Positions 51,201 to 62,400 of a stretch of DNA of 64,000 nucleotides are shown in pieces (position 1 is the first letter of the stretch; each line of letters begins with the position of its first letter). The notes beneath the pieces are model-generated. The model was not told the DNA's origin and ran no database searches. It saw only the letters and a list, made by a program, of their open reading frames with translations. The translations under genes were made by a program, and so were the position numbers. Where the stretch lies: contig OZ024756.1 of NCBI GenBank assembly GCA_964016885.1, positions 1,922,001 to 1,986,000 on the forward strand. The letters run 5' to 3'. This stretch comes from Eledone cirrhosa. Its lineage: Eukaryota.

Positions 51201-54200
51201 ATGAAGTGTGCAGTGTCAGTGATCTGGTCCTCTGTCTTGCTGTCTTCTGTACATTTATGAAGTGTGCAGTGTCAGTGATCTGGTCATCTGTCTTGCTGTC
51301 TTCAGTACATCTATGAAGTGTGCAGTGTCAGTGATCTGGTCCTCTGTCTTGCTGTCTTCAGTTCATCTATGAAGTGTGCAGTGTCAGGGATCTGGTCCTC
51401 TGTCTTGCTGTCTTCAGTTCATCTATGAAGTGTGCAGTGTCAGTGATCTGGTCCTCTGTCTTGCTGTCTTCAGTACATCTATGAAGTGTGCAGTGTCAGT
51501 GATCTGGTCCTCCATCCTGGTGTTTTCAGTACATCTATGAAGTGTGCAGTGTCAGTGATCTGGTCCTCTGTCTTGCTGTCTTCAGTACATCTATGAAGTG
51601 TGCAGTGTCAGGGATCTGGTCCTCTGTCTTGCTGTCTTCAGTTCATCTATGAAGTGTGCAGTGTCAGTGATCTGGTCCTCTGTCTTGCTGTCTTCAGTAC
51701 ATCTGTGAACTTTGTAGAGTGTCAGTGATCTGGTCCTCGGTCTTGCTGTCTTCAGTTCATCTATGAAGTGTGCAGTGTCAGTGATCTGGTCCTCTGTCTT
51801 GCTGTCTTCAGTTCATCTATGAAGTGTGCAGTGTCAGTGATCTGGTCCTCTGTCTTGCTGTCTTCAGTACATCTATGAAGTGTGCAGTGTCAGTGATCTG
51901 GTCCTGTCTTGCTGTCTTCAGTACATCTATGAAGTGTGCAGTGTCAGTGATCTGGTCCTCTGTCTTGCTGTCTTCAGTTCATCTATGAAGTATGCAGTGT
52001 CAGTGATCTGGTCCTCTGTCTTGCTGTCTTCAGTACATCTATGAAGTGTGCAGTGTCAGTGATCTGGTCCTCTGTCTTGCTGTCTTCAGTACATCTATGA
52101 AGTGTGCAGTGTCAGTGATCTGGTCCTCTGTCTTGCTGTCTTCAGTACATCTATGAAGTGTGCAGTGTCAGTGATCTCGTCCTCTGTCTTGCTGTCTTCA
52201 GTACATCTATGAAGTGTGCAGTGTCAGTGATCTCGTCCTCTGTCTTGCTGTCTTCAGTTCATCTATGAAGTGTGCAGTGTCAGTGATCTGGTCCTCTGTC
52301 TTGCTGTCTTCAGTTCATCTATGAAGTATGCAGTGTCAGTGATCTCGTCCTCTGTCTTGCTGTCTGCAGTACATCTATGAAGTGTGCAGTGTCAGTGATC
52401 TGGTCCTCTGTCTTGCTGTCTTCAGTACATCTGTGAACTTTGTAGTGTCAGTGATCAGATCCTCTGTCTTGCTGTCTTCAGTACATCTATGATGTGTGCA
52501 GTGTCAGTGATCTGGTCCTCTGTCTTGCTGTCTTCAGTTCATCTATGAAGTGTGCAGTGTCAGTGATCTGGTCCTCTGTCTTGCTGTCTTCAGTACATCT
52601 GTGAAGTTTGTAGTGTCAGTGATCAAGTCCTCTGTCTTGCTGTCTTCAGTACATCTATGTAGTGTGCAGTGTCAGTGATCAGGTCCTCTGTCTTCCTGTC
52701 TTCAGTACATCTGTGAAGTGTGCAGTGTCAGTGATCAGGTCCTCTGTCTTGCTGTCTTAAGTACATCTATGTAGTGTGCAGTGTCAGTGATCAGGTCCTC
52801 TGTCTTGCTGTCTTCAGTACATCTATGTAGTGTGCAGTGTCAGTGATCTGGTCCTCTGTCTTGCTGTCTTCAGTACATCTGTGAAGTGTGTAGTGTCAGT
52901 GACCAGGTCCTCTGTCTTGCTGTCTTCAGTACATCTATGAAGTGTGCAGTGTCAGTGATCTGGTCCTCTGTCTTGCTGTCTTCAGTACTTCTATGAAGTG
53001 TGCAGTGTCAGTGATCTTGTCCTCTGTCTTGCTGTCTTCAGTACATCTATGAAGTGTGCAGTGTCAGTGATCTGGTCCTCTGTCCTGCTGTCTTCAGTAC
53101 ATCTATGAAGTGTGCAGTGTCAGGGATCTGGTCCTCTGTCTTGCTGTCTTCAGTTCATCTATGAAGTGTGCAGTGTCAGTGATCTCGTCCTCTGTCTTGC
53201 TGTCTTCAGTACATCTATGAAGTGTGCAGTGTCAGTGATCTGGTCCTCTGTCTTGCTGTCTTCAGTTCATCTATGAAGTGTGAAGTGTCAGTGATCAGCT
53301 CCTCTGTCTTGCTGTCTTCAGTACATCTATGAAGTGTGCAGTGTCAGGGATCTGGTCCTCTGTCTTGCTGTCTTCAGTACATCTATGAAGTGTGCAGTGT
53401 CAGTGATCTGGTCCTCTGTCTTGCTGTCTTCAGTACATCTATGAAGTGTGCAGTGTCAGTGATCTGGTCCTCTGTCTTGCTGTCTTCAGTTCATCTATGA
53501 AGTGTGCAGTGTCAGTGATCAGGTCCTCTGTCTTGCTGTCTTCAGTATATCAATGAAGTGTGCAGTGTCAGTGATCTGGTCCTCCGTCTTGCTGTCTTCA
53601 GTACATCTATGAAGTGTGCAGTGTCAGTGATCTGGTCCTCTGTCTTGCTGTCTTCAGTACATCTATGAAGTGTGCAGTGTCAGTGATCTGGTCCTCTGTC
53701 TTGCTGTCTTCAGTACATCTATGAAGTGTGCAGTGTCAGTGATCTGGTCCTCTGTCTTGCTGTCTTCAGTACATCTATGAAGTGTGCAGTGTCAGTGATC
53801 TGGTCCTCTGTCTTGCTGTCTTCAGTTCATCTATGAAGTGTGCAGTGTCAGTGATCAGGTCCTCTGTCTTGCTGTCTTCAGTATATCAATGAAATGTGCA
53901 GTGTCAGTGATCTGGTCCTCCGTCTTGCTGTCTTCAGTACATCTATGAAGTGTGCAGTGTCAGTGATCTGGTCCTCTGTCTTGCTGTCTTCAGTACATCT
54001 ATGAAGTGTGCAGTGTCAGTGATCTGGTCCTCTGTCTTGCTGTCTTCTGTACATTTATGAAGTGTGCAGTGTCAGTGATCTGGTCATCTGTCTTGCTGTC
54101 TTCAGTACATCTATGAAGTGTGCAGTGTCAGTGATCTGGTCCTCTGTCTTGCTGTCTTCAGTTCATCTATGAAGTGTGCAGTGTCAGGGATCTGGTCCTC

Positions 54201-57200
54201 TGTCTTGCTGTCTTCAGTTCATCTATGAAGTGTGCAGTGTCAGTGATCTGGTCCTCTGTCTTGCTGTCTTCAGTACATCTATGAAGTGTGCAGTGTCAGT
54301 GATCTGGTCCTCCATCCTGCTGTTTTCAGTACATCTATGAAGTGTGAAGTGTCAGTGATCTGGTCCTCTGTCTTGCTGTCTTCAGTACATCTATGAAGTG
54401 TGCAGTGTCAGTGATCTGGTCCTCTGTCTTGCTGTCTTCAGTACATCTATGAAGTGTGCAGTGTCAGTGATCTGGTCCTCTGTCTTGCTGTCTTCAGTTC
54501 ATCTATGAAGTGTGCAGTGTCAGTGATCTCTTCCTCTGTCTTGCTGTCTTCAGTACATCTATGAAGTGTGCAGTGTCAGTGATCTGGTCCTCTGTCTTGT
54601 TGTCTTCAGTTCATCTATGAAGTGTGCAGTGTCAGTGATCTGGTCCTCAGTCTTGCTGTCTTCAGTTCATCTATGAAATGTGCAGTGTCAGTGATCTGGT
54701 CCTCTGTCTTGCTGTCTTCAGTACATCTATGAAGTGTGCAGTCTCAGTGATCTGGTCCTCTGTCTTGCTGTCTTCAGTTCATATATGAATTATGCAGTGT
54801 CAGTGATCTGGTCCTCTGTCTTGCTGTCTTCAGTACATCTATGAAGTGTGCAGTGTCAGTGATCTGGTCCTCTGTCTTGCTGTCTTCAGTTCATCTATGA
54901 AGTGTGCAGTGTCAGTGATCTGGTCCTCTGTCTTGCTGTCTTCAGTACATCTATGAAGTGTGCAGTGTCAGTGATCTCGTCCTCTGTCTTGCTGTCTTCA
55001 GTACATCTATGAAGTGTGCAGTGTCAGTGATCTCGTCCTCTGTCTTGCTGTCTTCAGTACATCTATGAAGTTTGCAGTGTCAGGGATCTCGTCCTCTGTC
55101 TTGCTGTTTTCAGTACATCTATGAAGTGTGCAGTGTCAGTGATCAGGTCCTCTGTCTTGCTGTCTTCAGTTCATCTATGAAGTGTGAAGTGTCAGTGATC
55201 AGCTCCTCTGTCTTGCTGTCTTCAGTACATCTATGAAGTGTGCAGTGTCAGGGATCTGGTCCTCTGTCTTGCTGTCTTCAGTACATCTATGAAGTGTGCA
55301 GTGTCAGTGATCTGGTCCTCTGTCTTGCTGTCTTCAGTACATCTATGAAGTGTGCAGTGTCAGTGATCTGGTCCTCTGTCTTGCTGTCTTCAGTTCATCT
55401 ATGAAGTGTGCGGTGTCAGTGATCAGGTCCTCTGTCTTGCTGTCTTCAGTATATCAATGAAGTGTGCAGTGTCAGTGATCTGGTCCTCCGTCTTGCTGTC
55501 TTCAGTACATCTATGAAGTGTGCAGTGTCAGTGATCTGGTCCTCTGTCTTGCTGTCTTCAGTACATCTATGAAGTGTGCAGTGTCAGTGATCTGGTCCTC
55601 TGTCTTGCTGTCTTCTGTACATTTATGAAGTGTGCAGTGTCAGTGATCTGGTCATCTGTCTTGCTGTCTTCAGTACATCTATGAAGTGTGCAGTGTCAGT
55701 GATCTGGTACTCTGTCTTGCTGTCTTCAGTTCATCTATGAAGTGTGCAGTGTCAGGGATCTGGTCCTCTGTCATGCTGTCTTCAGTTCATCTATGAAGTG
55801 TGCAGTGTCAGTGATCTGGTCCTCTGTCTTGCTGTCTTCAGTACATCTATGAAGTGTGCAGTGTCAGTGATCTGGTCCTCCATCCTGCTGTTTTCAGTAC
55901 ATCTATGAAGTGTGCAGTGTCAGTGATCTGGTCCTCTGTCTTGCTGTCTTCAGTACATCTATGAAGTGTGCAGTGTCAGGGATCTGGTCCTCTGTCTTGC
56001 TGTCTTCAGTTCATCTATGAAGTGTGCAGTGTCAGTGATCTGGTCCTCTGTCTTGCTGTCTTCAGTACATCTATGAAGTGTACAGTGTCAGTGATCTGGT
56101 CCTCGGTCTTGCTGTCTTCAGTTCATCTATGAAGTGTGCAGTGACAGTGATCTGGTCCTCTGTCTTGCTGTCTTCAGTTCATCTATGAAGTGTGCAGTGT
56201 CAGTGATCTGGTCCTCTGTCTTGCTGTCTTCAGTACATCTATGAAGTGTGCAGTGTCAGTGATCTGGTCCTGTCTTGCTGTCTTCAGTACATCTATGAAG
56301 TGTGCAGTGTCAGTGATCTGGTCCTCTGTCTTGCTGTCTTCAGTTCATCTATGAAGTATGCAGTGTCAGTGATCTGGTCCTCTGTCTTGCTGTCTTCAGT
56401 ACATCTATGAAGTGTGCAGTGTCAGTGATCTGGTCCTCTGTCTTGCTGTCTTCAGTACATCTATGAAGTGTGCAGTGTCAGTGATCTGGTCCTCTGTCTT
56501 GCTGTCTTCAGTACATCTATGAAGTGTGCAGTGTCAGTGATCTCGTCCTCTGTCTTGCTGTCTTCAGTACATCTATGAAGTGTGCAGTGTCAGTGATCTG
56601 GTCCTCTGTCTTGCTGTCTTCAGTTCATCTATGAAGTGTGCAGTGTCAGTGATCTGGTCCTCTGTCTTGCTGTCTTCAGTTCATCTATGAAGTATGCAGT
56701 GTCAGTGATCTCGTCCTCTGTCTTGCTGTCTGCAGTACATCTATGAAGTGTGCAGTGTCAGTGATCTGGTCCTCTGTCTTGCTGTCTTCAGTTCATCTAT
56801 GAAGTGTGCAGTGTCAGTGATCAGGTCCTCTGTCTTGCTGTCTTCAGTATATCAATGAAGTGTGCAGTGTCAGTGATCTGGTCCTCCGTCTTGCTGTCTT
56901 CAGTACATCTATGAAGTGTGCAGTGTCAGTGATCTGGTCCTCTGTCTTGCTGTCTTCAGTACATCTATGAAGTGTGCAGTGTCAGTGATCTGGTCCTCTG
57001 TCTTGCTGTCTTCTGTACATTTATGAAGTGTGCAGTGTCAGTGATCTGGTCATCTGTCTTGCTGTCTTCAGTACATCTATGAAGTGTGCAGTGTCAGTGA
57101 TCTGGTCCTCTGTCTTGCTGTCTTCAGTTCATCTATGAAGTGTGCAGTGTCAGTGATCTGGTCCTCTGTCTTGCTGTCTTCAGTACATCTATGAAGTGTG

Positions 57201-59400
57201 CAGTGTCAGTGATCTGGTCCTCCATCCTGGTGTTTTCAGTACATCTATGAAGTGTGCAGTGTCAGTGATCTGGTCCTCTGTCTTGCTGTCTTCAGTACAT
57301 CTATGAAGTGTGCAGTGTCAGGGATCTGGTCCTCTGTCTTGCTGTCTTCAGTTCATCTATGAAGTGTGCAGTGTCAGTGATCTGGTCCTCTGTCTTGCTG
57401 TCTTCAGTACATCTGTGAACTTTGTAGAGTGTCAGTGATCTGGTCCTCGGTCTTGCTGTCTTCAGTTCATCTATGAAGTGTGCAGTGTCAGTGATCTGGT
57501 CCTCTGTCTTGCTGTCTTCAGTTCATCTATGAAGTGTGCAGTGTCAGTGATCTGGTCCTCTGTCTTGCTGTCTTCAGTACATCTATGAAGTGTGCAGTGT
57601 CAGTGATCTGGTCCTGTCTTGCTGTCTTCAGTACATCTATGAAGTGTGCAGTGTCAGTGATCTGGTCCTCTGTCTTGCTGTCTTCAGTTCATCTATGAAG
57701 TATGCAGTGTCAGTGATCTGGTCCTCTGTCTTGCTGTCTTCAGTACATCTATGAAGTGTGCAGTGTCAGTGATCTGGTCCTCTGTCTTGCTGTCTTCAGT
57801 ACATCTATGAAGTGTGCAGTGTCAGTGATCTGGTCCTCTGTCTTGCTGTCTTCAGTACATCTATGAAGTGTGCAGTGTCAGGGATCTCGTCCTCTGTCTT
57901 GCTGTCTTCAGTACATCTATGAAGTGTGCAGTGTCAGTGATCTGGTCCTCTGTCTTGCTGTCTTCAGTTCATCTATGAAGTGTGCAGTGTCAGTGATCTG
58001 GTCCTCTGTCTTGCTGTCTTCAGTTCATCTATGAAGTATGCAGTGTCAGTGATCTCGTCCTCTGTCTTGCTGTCTGCAGTACATCTATGAAGTGTGCAGT
58101 GTCAGTGATCTGGTCCTCTGTCTTGCTGTCTTCAGTACATCTGTGAACTTTGTAGTGTCAGTGATCAGATCCTCTGTCTTGCTGTCTTCAGTACATCTAT
58201 GATGTGTGCAGTGTCAGTGATCTGGTCCTCTGTCTTGCTGTCTTCAGTTCATCTATGAAGTGTGCAGTGTCAGTGATCTGGTCCTCTGTCTTGCTGTCTT
58301 CAGTACATCTGTGAAGTTTGTAGTGTCAGTGATCAAGTCCTCTGTCTTGCTGTCTTCAGTACATCTATGTAGTGTGCAGTGTCAGTGATCAGGTCCTCTG
58401 TCTTCCTGTCTTCAGTACATCTGTGAAGTGTGCAGTGTCAGTAATCAGGTCCTCTGTCTTGCTGTCTTAAGTACATCTATGTAGTGTGCAGTGTCAGTGA
58501 TCAGGTCCTCTGTCTTGCTGTCTTCAGTACATCTATGTAGTGTGCAGTGTCAGTGATCTGGTCCTCTGTCTTGCTGTCTTCAGTACATCTGTGAAGTGTG
58601 TAGTGTCAGTGACCAGGTCCTCTGTCTTGCTGTCTTCAGTACATCTATGAAGTGTGCAGTGTCAGTGATCTGGTCCTCTGTCTTGCTGTCTTCAGTACTT
58701 CTATGAAGTGTGCAGTGTCAGTGATCTTGTCCTCTGTCTTGCTGTCTTCAGTACATCTATGAAGTGTGCAGTGTCAGTGATCTGGTCCTCTGTCCTGCTG
58801 TCTTCAATACATCTATGAAGTGTGCAGTGTCAGGGATCTGGTCCTCTGTCTTGCTGTCTTCAGTTCATCTATGAAGTGTGCAGTGTCAGTGATCTCGTCC
58901 TCTGTCTTGCTGTCTTCAGTACATCTATGAAGTGTGCAGTGTCAGTGATCTGGTCCTCTGTCTTGCTGTCTTCAGTTCATCTATGAAGTGTGAAGTGTCA
59001 GTGATCAGCTCCTCTGTCTTGCTGTCTTCAGTACATCTATGAAGTGTGCAGTGTCAGGGATCTGGTCCTCTGTCTTGCTGTCTTCAGTACATCTATGAAG
59101 TGTGCAGTGTCAGTGATCTGGTCCTCTGTCTTGCTGTCTTCAGTACATCTATGAAGTGTGCAGTGTCAGTGATCTGGTCCTCTGTCTTGCTGTCTTCAGT
59201 TCATCTATGAAGTGTGCAGTGTCAGTGATCAGGTCCTCTGTCTTGCTGTCTTCAGTATATCAATGAAGTGTGCAGTGTCAGTGATCTGGTCCTCCGTCTT
59301 GCTGTCTTCAGTACATCTATGAAGTGTGCAGTGTCAGTGATCTGGTCCTCTGTCTTGCTGTCTTCAGTACATCTATGAAGTGTGCAGTGTCAGTGATCTG
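48300..59400. repeat. Large tandem duplication (5.4-5.8 kb; 97-103 monomers)
   Basis: ctcTtcc 49101/54531 and cctcAg 49219/54649 (5430 bp); gtgAcag 50378/56144 (5766 bp); cctGg 51520/57230, gtagAGtg 51711/57421 and gaCcagg 52901/58611 (5710 bp). Confidence 0.9.
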
Positions 59401-59499
59401 GTCCTCTGTCTTGCTGTCTTCAGTACATCTATGAAGTGTGCAGTGTCAGGGATCTGGTCCTCTGTCTTGCTGTCTTCAGTTCATCTATGAAGTGTGCAG

Positions 59500-62400
59500 T
59501 GTCAGTGATCTGGTCCTATGTCTTGCTGTCTTCAGTACATCTATGAAGTGTACAGTGTCAGTGATCTGGTCCTCGGTCTTGCTGTCTTCAGTTCAACTAT
59601 GAAGTGTGCAGTGTCAGTGATCTGGTCCTCTGTCTTGCTGTCTTCAGTTCATCTATGAAGTGTGCAGTGTCAGTGATCTGGTCCTCTGTCTTGCTGTCTT
59701 CAGTACATCTATGAAGTGTGCAGTGTCAGTGATCTGGTCCTGTCTTGCTGTCTTCAGTACATCTATGAAGTGTGCAGTGTCAGTGATCTGGTCCTCTGTC
59801 TTGCTGTCTTCAGTTCATCTATGAAGTATGCAGTGTCAGTGATCTGGTCCTCTGTCTTGCTGTCTTCAGTACATCTATGAAGTGTGCAGTGTCAGTGATC
59901 TGGTCCTCTGTCTTGCTGTCTTCAGTTTATTTATGAAGTGTGCAGTGTCAGTGATCTGGTCCTCTGTCTTGCTGTCTTCAGTACATCTATGAAGTGTGCA
60001 GTGTCAGTGATCTCGTCCTCTGTCTTGCTGTCTTCAGTACATCTATGAAGTGTGCAGTGTCAGTGATCTGGTCCTCTGTCTTGCTGTCTTCAGTTCATCT
60101 ATGAAGTGTGCAGTGTCAGTGATCTGGTCCTCTGTCTTGCTGTCTTCAGTTCATCTATGAAGTATGCAGTGTCAGTGATCTCGTCCTCTGTCTTGCTGTC
60201 TGCAGTACATCTATGAAGTGTGCAGTGTCAGTGATCTGGTCCTCTGTCTTGCTGTCTTCAGTACATCTGTGAACTTTGTAGTGTCAGTGATCAGATCCTC
60301 TGTCTTGCTGTCTTCAGTACATCTATGTAGTGTGCAGTGTCAGTGATCTGGTCCTCTGTCTTGCTGTCTTCAGTACATCTATGATGTGTGCAGTGTCAGT
60401 GATCTGGTCCTCTGTCTTGCTGTCTTCAGTTCATCTATGAAGTGTGCAGTGTCAGTGATCTGGTCCTCTGTCTTGCTGTCTTCAGTACATCTGTGAAGTT
60501 TGTAGTGTCAGTGATGAAGTCCTCTGTCTTGCTGTCTTCAGTACATCTATGTAGTGTGCAGTGTCAGTGATCAGATCCTCTGTCTTCCTGTCTTCAGTAC
60601 ATCTGTGAAGTGTGCAGTGTCAGTGATCAGGTCCTCTGTCTTGCTGTCTTAAGTACATCTATGTAGTGTGCAGTGTCAGTGATCAGGTCCTCTGTCTTGC
60701 TGTCTTCAGTACATCTATGTAGTGTGCAGTGTCAGTGATCTGGTCCTCTGTCTTGCTGTCTTCAGTACATCTGTGAAGTGTGTAGTGTCAGTGATCAGGT
60801 CCTCTGTCTTGCTGTCTTCAGTACATCTATGAAGTGTGCAGTGTCAGTGATCTGGTCCTCTGTCTTGCTGTCTTCAGTACTTCTATGAAGTGTGCAGTGT
60901 CAGTGATCTTGTCCTCTGTCTTGCTGTCTTCAGTACATCTATGAAGTGTGCAGTGTCAGTGATCTGGTCCTCTGTCCTGCTGTCTTCAGTACATCTATGA
61001 AGTGTGCAGTGTCAGGGATCTGGTCCTCTGTCTTGCTGTCTTCAGTTCATCTATGAAGTGTGCAGTGTCAGTGATCTCGTCCTCTGTCTTGCTGTCTTCA
61101 GTACATCTATGAAGTGTGCAGTGTCAGTGATCTGGTCCTCTGTCTTGCTGTCTTCAGTACATCGATGAAGTGTGCAGTGTCAGTGATCTGGTCCTCTGTC
61201 TTGCTGTCTGCAGTTCATCTATGAAGTGTGCAGTGTCAGTGATCTGGTCCTCTGTCTTGCTGTCTTCAGTACATCTATGAAGTGTGCAGTGTCAGTGATC
61301 TGGTCCTCTGTCTTGCTGTCTTCAGTACATCTATGAAGTGTGCAGTGTCAGTGATCTGGTCCTCTGTCTTGCTGTCTTCAGTTCATCTATGAAGTGTGCA
61401 GTGTCAGTGATCTCGTCCTCTGTCTTGCTGTCTTCAGTTCATCTATGAAGTGTGCAGTGTCAGTGATCTGGTCCTCTGTCTTGCTGTCTTCAGTTTATCT
61501 ATGAAGTGTGCAGTGTCAGGGATCTGGTCCTCTGTCTTGCTGTCTTCAGTTCATCTATGAAGTGTGCAGTGTCAGTGATCTGTTCCTTTGTCTTGCTGTC
61601 TTCAGTACATCTATGAAGTGTGCAGTGTCAGTGATCTGGTCCTCTGTCTTGTTGTCTTCAGTTCATCTATGAAGTGTGCAGTGTCAGTGATCTGGTCCTC
61701 TGTCTTGCTGTCTTCAGTTCATCTATGAAATGTGCAGTGTCAGTGATCTGGTCCTCTGTCTTGCTGTCTTCAGTACATCTATGAAGTGTGCAGTGTCAGT
61801 GATCTGGTCCTCTGTCTTGCTGTCTTCAGTTCATCTATGAATTATGCAGTGTCAGTGATCTGGTCCTCTGTCTTGCTGTCTTCAGTTCATCTATGAAGTG
61901 TGCAGTGTCAGTGATCTGGTCCTCTGTCTTGCTGTCTTCAGTACATCTATGAAGTGTGCAGTGTCAGTGATCTCGTCCTCTGTCTTGCTGTTTTCAGTAC
62001 ATCTATGAAGTGTGCAGTGTCAGTTATCTGGTCCTCTGTCTTGCTGTCTTCAGTTCATCTATGAAGTGTGCAGTGTCAGTGATCAGGTCCTCTGTCTTGC
62101 TGTCTTCAGTTCATCTATGAAGTGTGAAGTGTCAGTGATCAGCTCCTCTGTCTTGCTGTCTTCAGTACATCTATGGAGTGTGCAGTGTCAGGGATCTGGT
62201 CCTCTGTCTTGCTGTCTTCAGTACATCTATGAAGTGTGCAGTGTCAGTGATCTGGTCCTCTGTCTTGCTGTCTTCAGTACATCTATGAAGTGTGCAGTGT
62301 CAGTGATCTGGTCCTCTGTCTTGCTGTCTTCAGTTCATCTATGAAGTGTGCAGTGCCAGTGATCAGGTCCTCTGTCTTGCTGTCTTCAGTATATCAATGA

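Noticed and set aside
62012-62344. 110 aa Cys/Ser/Val-rich ORF
   Set aside because: Chance alignment of three stop-removing variants (cagtTa, atgGag, agGga) within the repeat. There is no domain or gene context.
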